In this document: positions 47,018 to 56,333 of the stretch, piece by piece
How the letters are laid out: each line of letters begins with the position of its first letter
Numbering within the stretch: the stretch's first letter is position 1
DNA from: an uncultured Bacteroidota bacterium
Lineage (GTDB): Bacteria; Bacteroidota; Bacteroidia; Bacteroidales; WCHB1-69
Direction: 5' to 3'
DNA length: 64,000 nucleotides
Assembly (NCBI GenBank): GCA_902774175.1
Contig: CACYHG010000033.1
Coordinates: 6,885 to 70,884, forward strand
Program-made: the position numbers and the translations under genes
The notes under the pieces: generated by a model
What the model saw: the letters and a program-made list of their open reading frames with translations, nothing else
The model's database searches: none
Told to the model about the DNA's origin: nothing

Positions 47018-47494
47018 ATGGAAGAACAAGAGAATATTCCCTACACCGACCCCGAAGAGCCGAACCGTGCAGCTACTGGCGAGCGTCCAAGCTGGCTGAT
47101 GGTGCTCTGCATCCTCACCTTTATCGGCAGCGGCATTTCTTGCCTGGGGTATTTCCTTTTTACAGGCATATACTCCTCCCTGCCAATGATTATGGAACAG
47201 GCACGTGACATGATGGTCTCCATTTATGGGGACAAGGTGGATGTGTCGCAGGCGCTGGTGGTCCAGCCCCGCATGTACTACCTGCTGCTCTGCCTGCTGT
47301 ATGCGGCATCCGTCACAGGTGCGGCCTTCATGCTCGGACTTAGGAAGGTGGGATTCCACATCTACACTGTGGCACAGGCCCTGCTGCTTGTCGCTCCGGT
47401 GCTTTTCGTCCACCTGCCATTTGATGTCGGCGGCCTGCTGGTCACAGTAGCCTTTGTACTGCTCTACGCCACCTTCCTCAAACAGATGCACTGA
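47018..47494 (+). CDS. Hypothetical four-TM membrane protein
   Basis: 158 aa with hydrophobic helices. Its stop overlaps the sufS ATG (TGATG). Confidence 0.5.
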   Translation: MEEQENIPYTDPEEPNRAATGERPSWLMVLCILTFIGSGISCLGYFLFTGIYSSLPMIMEQARDMMVSIYGDKVDVSQALVVQPRMYYLLLCLLYAASVTGAAFMLGLRKVGFHIYTVAQALLLVAPVLFVHLPFDVGGLLVTVAFVLLYATFLKQMH

Positions 47495-48717
47495 TGACAC
47501 CCGAACAGCAACAACAGTTCCGGGAATCGTTCCCCATCCTGCAACGACAGGTGCACGACAAGCCGCTTATCTATCTTGACAACGCCGCCACCACGCAGAA
47601 ACCGGAGGCGGTGCTGCGTGCGGTGGAGGACTATTACAGGGAGACCAACAGCAACGTGCACCGCGGCGTGCACCATCTGAGCCAGCTGGCCACGGAGGCA
47701 TACGAGCAGGCACGGAAAACGGTGCAGCAGTTTCTGAACACCAGGCATCCGCATGAGATAGTCTTCACCAGAGGCACCACAGAGGCAATCAACCTTGTGG
47801 CACACGGATTCGGGAAGAGCATTTTGCAGGAGGGCGATGAGATTATCTGCAGCATCATGGAGCACCACTCCAACATTGTGCCCTGGCAGCTGGCCGGAGC
47901 CGGACAGAGTCCCAACATACGCGTCATTCCGATGCACGAAAATGGGGAGTTTGACATGGAGGCATACGAAAGGCTTTTCAGCGGAAAGACAAAAATTGTC
48001 GCCGTCACGCAGGCCTCGAATGTGCTGGGAACCATCACCCCGCTGAAGGAGATTATCCGCATCGCCCACTCTCACGGTGTGCCGGTGCTGGTGGACGGTG
48101 CGCAGGGGGTCAAGAGCTGCATTACCGATGTGCAGGAGCTGGACTGCGACTTCTACTGCTTTTCAGGACACAAGATTTATGCGCCGATGGGCATCGGGGT
48201 GCTGTACGGCAAGGAGAAAATGCTGGAGGCGCTTCCGCCCTACCAGGGTGGCGGCGACATGATCCGCCACGTCGGCTTCGACCGCACCACCTTCAACGAC
48301 CTGCCATTCAAGTTCGAGGCCGGCACGCCAAACGTGGCCGGAGCCATCGGGCTGCAGGCCGCGCTGGAGTTTGTCCGGCTGTACGGACACGAAAACCTCA
48401 TAAAATATGAATCGGAACTGACCGCCTACGCCACACAAAAGCTGATGCAGGAGGATCGCATCCGGATTATCGGCAACGCACCCGAAAAGGCCGCCGTCGT
48501 CTCCTTCCTGATGGAGCCGCACCATCCCACCGATGTGGGCACACTGATAGATTTTATGGGAATCGCCGTCCGCACGGGGCACCACTGCTGCCAGCCGCTG
48601 ATGGACAGTCTGGGCATACCCGGCACAGTACGTGCCTCATTCGCCGCCTACAACACCTTTGAAGAGGTTGACCGGCTGGTCGAATCCCTGCGCACCGCAC
48701 GGAAAATGCTGGGATAG
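47494..48717 (+). CDS. sufS: Cysteine desulfurase, SufS/CsdA subfamily
   Basis: 407 aa. ATTQKP, NSNVHRGVHHLS, the SGHKIYAPMGIG PLP-lysine motif, and RTGHHCCQP containing the active-site Cys. Confidence 0.85.
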   Translation: MTPEQQQQFRESFPILQRQVHDKPLIYLDNAATTQKPEAVLRAVEDYYRETNSNVHRGVHHLSQLATEAYEQARKTVQQFLNTRHPHEIVFTRGTTEAINLVAHGFGKSILQEGDEIICSIMEHHSNIVPWQLAGAGQSPNIRVIPMHENGEFDMEAYERLFSGKTKIVAVTQASNVLGTITPLKEIIRIAHSHGVPVLVDGAQGVKSCITDVQELDCDFYCFSGHKIYAPMGIGVLYGKEKMLEALPPYQGGGDMIRHVGFDRTTFNDLPFKFEAGTPNVAGAIGLQAALEFVRLYGHENLIKYESELTAYATQKLMQEDRIRIIGNAPEKAAVVSFLMEPHHPTDVGTLIDFMGIAVRTGHHCCQPLMDSLGIPGTVRASFAAYNTFEEVDRLVESLRTARKMLG

Positions 48718-49557
48718 TTACCCTTCGTCAGTATCATTGTCTTTTCCGGAAGCGGCACGGATGTTCTCCATCAGCCGCTCATAACCGATGCGCTGCATGG
48801 CGGAATCATGGAACTGGGCGTCAAACTGCTCCTGCGTGAGCTGCCGCCACTGCGCGTCCCCCCACGCGAACCATTCGGGCGTGCGCAGAAAATCATCCAC
48901 CTTTGTCTCCTCCGCATTACGGTTATAGGGACATACCTGCTGGCAGACATCGCAGCCGTAGATGCGGTGGCCCAAGGCAGTTTTCACCTCTTCCGGAAGA
49001 GGGAGCTCCTTCCGCTCGATGGTCTGATATGAGAGGCACCGCCGCGCATCCAGCCCCTCCGCAGAGAGCGCATGTGCCGGACAAGCCTCAACACAGGCGT
49101 TGCAGCCGCCGCAACGCTCCTCCACAGGCGCGTCAGGATGCAGTGGCAGCGAAGTGAAGATTTCCCCAATAAAAAAACGGCTGCCTTTTTCCGTCACCAA
49201 TAATGTGTTACGACCAATCCATCCAAGTCCGGCACGCCGCGCCAACGCCTTCTCCAGCACCGGCGCCGTATCCACGCAGCAGCGGGTTTTCACCCCCTCT
49301 CCCAGCGTCTGCACATACTGGGCCAGCAGATGAAGTTTTTCGCGCATCACGGCATGGTAGTCCCTTCCCAGCGCATATTCCGAAACCTGATGGTAGCGGA
49401 TATCACGATGGCGGGACATATAGTCCATTCCCGCCTGACGGCCTGCGGAGAGCCAACGTTCCAAACGGAACTGTTCCGACATGAGGTCGGAACAGTCAGT
49501 GAACGCACAGGCGGAAAAACCAAGCTCCTCCGCCTTTTGACGGATTGCATCTTCCAC
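48718..49557 (-). CDS. queG: tRNA epoxyqueuosine(34) reductase QueG
   Basis: 279 aa. LGFSACAF..DYMSRH and two ferredoxin-type motifs (CGGCNACVEACP, CDVCQQVCPYN). The start at 49557 is GTG. Confidence 0.75.
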   Translation of the reverse strand: MEDAIRQKAEELGFSACAFTDCSDLMSEQFRLERWLSAGRQAGMDYMSRHRDIRYHQVSEYALGRDYHAVMREKLHLLAQYVQTLGEGVKTRCCVDTAPVLEKALARRAGLGWIGRNTLLVTEKGSRFFIGEIFTSLPLHPDAPVEERCGGCNACVEACPAHALSAEGLDARRCLSYQTIERKELPLPEEVKTALGHRIYGCDVCQQVCPYNRNAEETKVDDFLRTPEWFAWGDAQWRQLTQEQFDAQFHDSAMQRIGYERLMENIRAASGKDNDTDEG

Positions 49558-51506
49558 TATTTGCCCACGATTTTGAATTCGGTGCGGCGGTTCAGCGCAC
49601 GTCCCTCCGGTGTGTCGTTGGAGGCCACCGGCTGGTCAAATCCGTAGCCCTTGTAGCGCATCCTGTCGGCCTTTATGCCATGCGCCACCAGATAGTCATA
49701 AACCGCCTTGGCGCGGTTGCGCGAGAGCGTGAGGTTATGCTCCTTCGAGCCCTGATTGTCGGTATGGCCGGCAATCTCCACGCGGATTTTCGGGTTGGAC
49801 TTCATCAGTTCGCAAAGCTTTTCAAGCTCCACCTCCGACTCCTTTTTCAGCGTGGAGCGGTCGGTGTCGAAAAAGACGTTGTTCAGCACGACGCTGCGCC
49901 CCGTCTCGATGGGGTTCATGTAGATATCCTTATGATAAGGCTTCAGCTGGTATGAGGAATCGAGCGTGAAATTGGCCGAATAGAACAGATATTCCGGATG
50001 CTGGGCATGCAGCGCATAGCTGCCGTTGGAGGGAATGCAGACCAGGAACTCGCCCGTCTCCGGGTCGGAGGAGGACATCACCTTCTCCTGCCCGCTCTCC
50101 AGATCGATCACCTTGAATTTGGCGCACATCACGGAGGAATCCTTGGCGTTGAAAATGCGTCCCTTCAGGTATGTGACAGGCTGCGGGCGCATCTTTTCAG
50201 GCATCTCGAACCAGTAGATGTCCATCCTGCCAAGCCCTCCCTTCTTGTTGGAGGAGACATAGCCGCGTGTGCCCTTCGCATTGACCACGATGTTGGTCTC
50301 GTCGGCGGAGGTGTTGATGGGATAGCCCATGTTCTGCGGCTGGTTCCAGCTGCCGTCGCTGTTCTGCAGGCTGTAGAAAAGATCCTGCCCGCCCATGCCG
50401 GGATGTCCGGTCGAGGCGAAATAGAGCACCGTTCCGTTGGGGTGCAGGTACGGTGCCAGCTCGTCGCCGGAGGTGTTGATGGGTTCGCCCACATTCACCG
50501 GCGTGCTGAAGACGCCGTCCTCAACCATGGTTGTCATCCAGATGTCGCACTTGCCCTTTCCGCCCGGACGGTTGGAGGTGTAGTAGATGGTTTTGCCGTC
50601 CGCACCGAAGGTGGGCTGAGACTCCCAGAACTGCGTGTTCACAGGTTTGCCCATGTTCTGCGGAACAGTCCAGCGGTTCCCCTCACGTTTGGACCAGTAA
50701 AGGTCGCAGCTGCCGTAGCCGTCATCACGGTGGCAGGCGGTGAAGAGCACATATTTGCCGTCCGGCGAGATGCACTGTGCCCCCTCGTTGTAATGGGAAT
50801 TCACAGGTTCGCCCAGCGGCTTGGCCGGCTGCCACTCCCCCTTTTCCTGACGGCTGAAGTAGAGGTCCTCCTCCGTGGAGCAGCCCTTGCATTCCGTAAG
50901 GGCGTCGGCGGGACGCAGCAGCGTGAAGACGATGCAGGACTCGTCGGCAGTGAACGAAGGCTGGTACTCGTCCAACGCGGAGTTGATGTTCGGACCCATG
51001 TTCACCAGCTTGATGTGGTTGGAATCCGTCATAAGTTTTGCGCGGTAGACGCACTGGTCGTAATGGGTGCGTATGTCGGCCGATGCCTTCGACTTGTCGA
51101 TGCCGGCATGGTCGAAATACTGCACAAAATATTCCAGCGCCTCGTTGTAATGGTTGCAGCGCATGTACTCCCTCGCGGTAAAATAGTAGAGCTGCGGGGA
51201 GAAATCAGGATCCACATAGAGTGCCTTCTGATAATACATCAGCGCAAGATCGGACTCCTGCTTCATGGAATAGGACTCAGCCACCATGAGGTATGCCTCA
51301 GTGAAGGAGACATCCTCCTGTATGGCCATTTTTGCATACCGGATGGCCTCGTCGAACTCCTTGTTGCGGATATGCTCCATACCCTTCTGGTACTGCTTTA
51401 TCGCCTTCTTGTTGGTGGAAGACTTCACCTGCTGTGCTGAAACTGTCAGTGCCGGCAACAGGAGCAGGCAGAGCAGCAATGATTTGAAAATATAGTTTTT
51501 CCTCAT
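49557..51506 (-). CDS. OmpA-family protein with N-terminal TPR and TolB-like beta-propeller repeats
   Basis: Start trimmed to ATG 51506 (MRKNYIFKSLLLCLLLLPALTVSAQQ). The C-terminus has AGHTDNQGSKEHNLTLSRNRAKAV...NRRTEFKIV, the OmpA peptidoglycan-binding motif. Confidence 0.8.
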   Translation of the reverse strand: MRKNYIFKSLLLCLLLLPALTVSAQQVKSSTNKKAIKQYQKGMEHIRNKEFDEAIRYAKMAIQEDVSFTEAYLMVAESYSMKQESDLALMYYQKALYVDPDFSPQLYYFTAREYMRCNHYNEALEYFVQYFDHAGIDKSKASADIRTHYDQCVYRAKLMTDSNHIKLVNMGPNINSALDEYQPSFTADESCIVFTLLRPADALTECKGCSTEEDLYFSRQEKGEWQPAKPLGEPVNSHYNEGAQCISPDGKYVLFTACHRDDGYGSCDLYWSKREGNRWTVPQNMGKPVNTQFWESQPTFGADGKTIYYTSNRPGGKGKCDIWMTTMVEDGVFSTPVNVGEPINTSGDELAPYLHPNGTVLYFASTGHPGMGGQDLFYSLQNSDGSWNQPQNMGYPINTSADETNIVVNAKGTRGYVSSNKKGGLGRMDIYWFEMPEKMRPQPVTYLKGRIFNAKDSSVMCAKFKVIDLESGQEKVMSSSDPETGEFLVCIPSNGSYALHAQHPEYLFYSANFTLDSSYQLKPYHKDIYMNPIETGRSVVLNNVFFDTDRSTLKKESEVELEKLCELMKSNPKIRVEIAGHTDNQGSKEHNLTLSRNRAKAVYDYLVAHGIKADRMRYKGYGFDQPVASNDTPEGRALNRRTEFKIVGK

Positions 51507-51513
51507 ACTTGTA

Positions 51514-52971
51514 TTATTTTCGTTGACTGTTATCTGGTACATACTCATAGGCCCCCAATGCGGGCGGATCCGGACGCGGATTGCCATTCCGGTCTGTCGG
51601 ATAGGCGGACAGGTATCTCCCCGCCCCGATGCATGGTGAATTTGCAGTCAGCCCATATTTTCCCGCGCGGACATCCTCCAGTTTCGGATCCTTGTCACGT
51701 TGGAGGTTGTCACCGAAGATATCGGCATATACGGTGTCGCAGCGCAGGATCCCGTCATGTATGGAGGCCTGGAACGATGCCTGAGGCAGATGGCTGCATG
51801 AAAATTCACGCGCCAAATTGCCATATATTGCATTGTTCACGAATTCCGCCTTGAAATCGCTCAGGTAGCGGATGTCACCCACATCGTAATAGTTGCTGAA
51901 GAAAACGGAAGGGCTCTTGCGGACGCCCAACGAATAGTAGTTGCAGACTGTATTGTGCACGAAATGGTAGTCGCCCCCCTGTACAAGCGCCAGGGCATAT
52001 TGTCCGCAATCTGAAAAGACATTGTTGTAGGCCTCAACGCGGTATCCGCGTCCGAAGAAACCTATGCCGGACGACTTTTCAATCACAGAATTGGAGAGCA
52101 CCAGCCGGTTCCCCATGTCCCCGTCCAGTATCTCCGCCTGGATTCCGATAAACGCGTTGCGGATAATGACATAGTCCATCTCGTTGTCCTCCGTCCCCTC
52201 GTTGATCCAGATGCGGCTCCACTGCGCGTAGTCCTTCTGGAAAAAAGATTCAAGCCTGTCACCCTGGAACACAATCGGATCCTGCAGGGTGCCGTGCGCC
52301 TTCAGGCAGCCGCCCTTGTACACCCATAATCCGCCCTCCTTGTGCACATACACCCGCACGCCAGGTTCAATGTCCAGCCTTCCAGTCGAATCGACCACCG
52401 CATAGCCGTAAATCACGTATGGCTTGTCGTTTTTCCACACGGTGTGCTCCCCTTCGCCGGCAACAATCTTGTATGGGAGGCTCCCGACACGGCTGTCCGC
52501 CACGATGAAATGGGCATCCTGGCCGGAGGCGACCAACTGCACCTGCTGCCGCACGCCGTCGGTCAGGAAATGCAGGGTGTCCGCCACCAGCAGCGGCGTA
52601 TCCTGCCCGTTGGGATGGATGTTCACCTTCACAAAAACAAATATGCTGTCCCGTGCCGGAATGCGCACCTCCCGTAATGAAGGCCCTGGCCTCCCGTTCA
52701 CATTTACAGAGAAATAGGATTGGCTGCCGCCGCCCAAAAGCACATCCGTCGTGACCTCACGGTTGGAGGGGTTGGTCACCACAAGCCGCTCCGTCACCGA
52801 TGTGATGGAGGTGAAGACGGTGTCGAAAGCCACTATCTCCGAAGAAAAGCGCAGCCCGCCCTCCTCGGAGAGCGGCTCCTTCCGGCAGGAACCGAGAAGC
52901 AATGGCAGCAGCAGCACGGCCGCCAGCACTCCTCCGACATATTTATATAATGTAGACATGCTCCGCATCAT
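51514..52971 (-). CDS. Hypothetical lipoprotein, possibly a parallel beta-helix
   Basis: 485 aa. Lipobox LLLGSC. Repetitive N/G/V-rich segments (NSVIEKSSGIGFFG, NNVFSDCGQYALAL, HNTVCNYY). Confidence 0.5.
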   Translation of the reverse strand: MMRSMSTLYKYVGGVLAAVLLLPLLLGSCRKEPLSEEGGLRFSSEIVAFDTVFTSITSVTERLVVTNPSNREVTTDVLLGGGSQSYFSVNVNGRPGPSLREVRIPARDSIFVFVKVNIHPNGQDTPLLVADTLHFLTDGVRQQVQLVASGQDAHFIVADSRVGSLPYKIVAGEGEHTVWKNDKPYVIYGYAVVDSTGRLDIEPGVRVYVHKEGGLWVYKGGCLKAHGTLQDPIVFQGDRLESFFQKDYAQWSRIWINEGTEDNEMDYVIIRNAFIGIQAEILDGDMGNRLVLSNSVIEKSSGIGFFGRGYRVEAYNNVFSDCGQYALALVQGGDYHFVHNTVCNYYSLGVRKSPSVFFSNYYDVGDIRYLSDFKAEFVNNAIYGNLAREFSCSHLPQASFQASIHDGILRCDTVYADIFGDNLQRDKDPKLEDVRAGKYGLTANSPCIGAGRYLSAYPTDRNGNPRPDPPALGAYEYVPDNSQRK

Positions 52972-53043
52972 TACCTTTAAATGATAGGATAACGCGGATG
53001 AAAAAGAATTATTGCGGATATTTCAATAAAAAATGGTGGAATG

Positions 53044-53097
53044 ATTTTTTTCCGCACGGGCGGAATTCCGTATTGGGATTTTGATTATTTTTGCAAA
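53044..53097 (+). promoter_or_regulatory. Promoter cassette copy F (diverged)
   Basis: ATTTTTTTCCGCACGGGCGGAATTCCGTATTGGGATTTTGATTATTTTTGCAAA. Its 5' UTR tail CATTAACCTTTAAA (53177-53190) is shared with copy E (26178-26191). Confidence 0.6.
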
Positions 53098-53157
53098 TCC
53101 ATTCTGCGGGAACGGAATGGATTTGTACCGTAGAGACGCGGCGCGCCACGTCTCTAC
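53095..53157 (+). repeat. Two consecutive perfect hairpins inserted between promoter copy F and its gene
   Basis: AAATCCATTC (53095-53104) pairs with GAATGGATTT (53115-53124). GTAGAGACG-CGGCGCGCCA-CGTCTCTAC occupies 53130-53157. Confidence 0.75.
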
Positions 53158-53199
53158 ACAAAACGGGAATAATACCATTAACCTTTAAAAATTAACAAA

Positions 53200-54186
53200 A
53201 TGAACAAAAAAGAAATGAACAAAAACGGAAACAACGAAATGGAAAAAAATGACACCCATTACATCCGGTTCGACTGGGCTGCAAAGCACATACTGCGCGA
53301 CAAGGCCGACTTCAGCGTGTTCGAAGGGTTCCTCACGGTGCTGCTGAAGGAGCGGGTGAAAATAGTGGAGCTGCTGGAGAGCGAAAGCAACCAGCAGAAC
53401 GAAGACGACAAGTTCAACCGTGTGGACATCAAGGCAAAGAACAGCAACGGCGAGATCATCCTCGTGGAGATACAGCAGTCGGAGGAGTACTACTACCTGC
53501 AGCGGATGGTCTACGGTGTGGCCAAGACCATCACCGAGCACATCACCAAGGGCAAGCAGTATTCAGATGTGAAGAAGGTCTATTCGGTCAACATCGTCTA
53601 CTTCGACCTTGGCGAGGGCAGCGACTACCTCTACCACGGCCAGAACCGCCTCATAGGAATGAACACTGGCGACGAACTGCAGATCACGGAGGAGGACCGC
53701 AACGGCATCAGGATACTATCGCCGAAGCATGTCTTCCCGGAGTACTACATCCTGCGTGTGAAGGCTTTCAACAAGGAACCGGAGAATGCGATGGACGAAT
53801 GGATGGACTACCTGAAGAACGAACGCATCCGCCAGGACACCACGGTGCCGGGACTGCAGGAGGCGCAACGCCGTCTGGACTACCTGAAAATGACGGTGGC
53901 GGAACAGAAAATATACGACAATTACCTGTACAACAAGTTCTACAGGGAAGACGTGCTCAACACCAGCCGCACCAAGGGCGTTGTGGAGGGCTTTCATGAG
54001 GGAAAAGCCGAAGGAAGAGCGGAAGGACGGGCGGAAGGCCTGCTGGAAGGTCTGGAAAAAGGAATTGAGAAAGGTCGTGCCAAAGAACGCATCGTGATTG
54101 CCGCAAAAATGAAACAGTTGGGGATTCCGGCTGAGCAGATTTCCCAATCCACAGGGATTCCTGTGGAGGAAATAAAAGGGATGTGA
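53200..54186 (+). CDS. PD-(D/E)XK nuclease family 'transposase' (Rpn/YhgA-like, PDDEXK_2)
   Basis: 328 aa. YIRFDWAAKHILRDKA...NRVDIKAKNSNGEIILVEIQ core. The C-terminus has EGRAEGRAEG repeats and an HTH-like tail. No terminal inverted repeats were seen around it. Confidence 0.7.
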   Translation: MNKKEMNKNGNNEMEKNDTHYIRFDWAAKHILRDKADFSVFEGFLTVLLKERVKIVELLESESNQQNEDDKFNRVDIKAKNSNGEIILVEIQQSEEYYYLQRMVYGVAKTITEHITKGKQYSDVKKVYSVNIVYFDLGEGSDYLYHGQNRLIGMNTGDELQITEEDRNGIRILSPKHVFPEYYILRVKAFNKEPENAMDEWMDYLKNERIRQDTTVPGLQEAQRRLDYLKMTVAEQKIYDNYLYNKFYREDVLNTSRTKGVVEGFHEGKAEGRAEGRAEGLLEGLEKGIEKGRAKERIVIAAKMKQLGIPAEQISQSTGIPVEEIKGM

Positions 54187-54193
54187 AAAACAA

Positions 54194-54228
54194 CTATTAA
54201 CTATAAACTATTAACTATTAACTATAAA
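54194..54228. repeat. 7-bp tandem repeat (CTATWAA) x5 between convergent genes
   Basis: CTATTAA CTATAAA CTATTAA CTATTAA CTATAAA. Confidence 0.8.
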
Positions 54229-54258
54229 CTGGATTACACCTCAAGACCGCCTGGCACC

Positions 54259-55878
54259 TCAGAACCCCGCTATCGGGAAAAAGAGCGTTGGCAGCAGCAG
54301 AAGGAAACCGACGACCAGCAGCAGAAGTATCCATTTGTAAATCCATTTCATCCACACCGCGTATGGGACCCTCGCCACACCAAGGCATCCGATCAGCACG
54401 CCGGAGGCGGGCGTAATCATGTTGGTGATGCCGTCCCCGAACTGGAAGGCAAGAACCATCGTCTGCCGCGATATTTCCAGCAGATCCGCAAACGGTGCCA
54501 TTATTGGAATTGTAAGCGCAGCCTTGGCCGAGCCGGAAGGGATCACAAGGTTCAGCGCATTCTGGAACAGGTACATGCCGGCTGCGGAACCGACCCTTCC
54601 GGTGCCATCCATCGCCTGTGCCATGCCATAAAGCAGAGTGTCGATGATGTGACCGTTCTCCAACATGACAATGATGCCGCCAGCCAGACCCACAACCAAT
54701 GCAGCCGTCAGCATGTCCCTGCAACCATCCAAAAAAAGTCGCATAATCCTGTCCAACCTGTATGAGCATGCGATGCCTGAAAGCAGCCCCATGGCAAAAA
54801 AGAGTGCGGCAATCTCACGGATATACCAGCCGTGTGAAAGAACACCGGCCACCAGCGCAAGCAGTGTCACCAGAAGCATGTCGAGCACAAAAAAGCGGAC
54901 ATCCTTCTGCAAGGCACGGAGACCTATCAGCACAAACAGAAGTGTGCAGAAGGGAATCCAAGGCACCATGAAGACAGAATGGTGAAGGTTCATTGCTGAA
55001 AGCGGCTCGCGGATGGAGAGGAAAACTCCCAAGGCGGCCAGCAGCCCGAAAATCAGGTATGCCGCTATACCGGCCGGATGCGCAGCATCATCGGTGCTGT
55101 TTTCCGATGCCTTCTCCCGCCAATAGTTGTCCGCAGCATACATTGGCGAAGACTGCGGATTCCTCGCAATGCGGCGGGCATAGCCCAGCACGAAAAGGAT
55201 ACCGGCCAACGTAAAGAGCACCCAGCACACCAGACGGTAGGTCAGGCCGGAAAAGGCAGGAAGATCGGCAAGCCCCTGCGCAATGCCGATTGTGAAAGGG
55301 TTCAGCATGCCGCCGGCAAAGCCGACATGGGCGGCCAGATAGCACATGCCCATCCCCACAAGTGAGTCATAGCCCATCGATATCGCAAGTGGGACAAAAA
55401 TAACCATGAAGGCCAATGTCTCCTCGCTCATACCGAAAACAGCGCCGAAAAGGCTGAACATGACCATGACCAGGGCAATGATAAGGAAATTGACATTTAT
55501 ATGCCGGAAAATGCCCTTGCTCCCCCAGCGTCCCGCCTTCACCAGAAACGCATCCACCCCCTTGGTGACGGCACCTGTGGAATTGACTATCCAGAATGCA
55601 CCTCCCACCATGAAGATAAACACAATGATATTGGCTGTCCTGACAAAACCGTCATAGAAGGCGGCGAACAGCTGCCAGGTCTGCGCCTGACGCTCCACAT
55701 GGTGATATGAACCGGGCACCACAACCTCCCTCGGCGCACCGCCCTCCACCGGCACCATCTGCCTCTCGAACATGCCGCCCGGCAACAGCCATGTCAGCGC
55801 GGCGGCCACCGCAACCGCAACCAGCACAATGGTGAAAGTGTGCGGAATATGCCATTGTCTCCTGCTGTTTTTCATCAT
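54259..55878 (-). CDS. YfcC-family (DcuC-like) integral membrane transporter
   Basis: 539 aa, polytopic. The N-terminus HIPHTFTIVLVAVAVAAALTWLLPGG is typical of YfcC. A -7 box TATTTTTG lies at 55893-55900 (minus). Confidence 0.7.
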   Translation of the reverse strand: MMKNSRRQWHIPHTFTIVLVAVAVAAALTWLLPGGMFERQMVPVEGGAPREVVVPGSYHHVERQAQTWQLFAAFYDGFVRTANIIVFIFMVGGAFWIVNSTGAVTKGVDAFLVKAGRWGSKGIFRHINVNFLIIALVMVMFSLFGAVFGMSEETLAFMVIFVPLAISMGYDSLVGMGMCYLAAHVGFAGGMLNPFTIGIAQGLADLPAFSGLTYRLVCWVLFTLAGILFVLGYARRIARNPQSSPMYAADNYWREKASENSTDDAAHPAGIAAYLIFGLLAALGVFLSIREPLSAMNLHHSVFMVPWIPFCTLLFVLIGLRALQKDVRFFVLDMLLVTLLALVAGVLSHGWYIREIAALFFAMGLLSGIACSYRLDRIMRLFLDGCRDMLTAALVVGLAGGIIVMLENGHIIDTLLYGMAQAMDGTGRVGSAAGMYLFQNALNLVIPSGSAKAALTIPIMAPFADLLEISRQTMVLAFQFGDGITNMITPASGVLIGCLGVARVPYAVWMKWIYKWILLLLVVGFLLLLPTLFFPIAGF

Positions 55879-56032
55879 GATGTAATTTTTTGCAAAAATA
55901 CGAATTCCTCACATATAATACACTATTTGGAGCATTGGTTTTTTCAACAATAATACAAACTATGTTTCAACATCTTACCCTTTTTTATACAAAATATATG
56001 AAAAAATCATGGCATGATGTTCCAAAAAATAC

Positions 56033-56040
56033 TACTTTTG
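56033..56040 (+). promoter_or_regulatory. -7 box TACTTTTG upstream of acpP
   Basis: Matches TAnnTTTG, 36 nt before ATG 56077. Confidence 0.5.
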
Positions 56041-56076
56041 CACGATTGAAATATTAACAAATACATTAGTCATATC

Positions 56077-56316
56077 ATGAACGTTGAAGAAAAAGTTATC
56101 GCGATTGTTGCCGACAAATTAGGCAGGGACGTTTCCGAAATTACGCCGGACAAGGACTTTGTGCAGGATCTGGCCGCAGATTCCCTCGACAAGGTTGAAC
56201 TGTTAATGGCTTTTGAAAGCGAATTCAAAATCAAAATCCCGGAAGAGGATCAGGAAAAGTTCCTTAAAGTTCAGGATGCCATCGATTTTGTAACCAACGC
56301 CACCAAAGAGAACTAA
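56077..56316 (+). CDS. acpP: Acyl carrier protein
   Basis: 79 aa with the DSLDKVELLMAFE phosphopantetheine-attachment motif. Confidence 0.9.
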   Translation: MNVEEKVIAIVADKLGRDVSEITPDKDFVQDLAADSLDKVELLMAFESEFKIKIPEEDQEKFLKVQDAIDFVTNATKEN

Positions 56317-56333
56317 AACCAACACCCCTTCTT

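Noticed and set aside
47370-47384. Sigma-54 promoter-like TGGCAC-N5-CTGC ~110 bp upstream of sufS
   Set aside because: It lies inside the 47018..47494 CDS. It has a mismatch in the -12 element. A match of this quality is expected by chance about once in a window of this size, by my rough estimate.
53200-54186. PD-(D/E)XK 'transposase' as a mobile element
   Set aside because: No terminal inverted repeats or target duplications were visible around it. This family is generally not demonstrably mobile. It is called as a CDS only.
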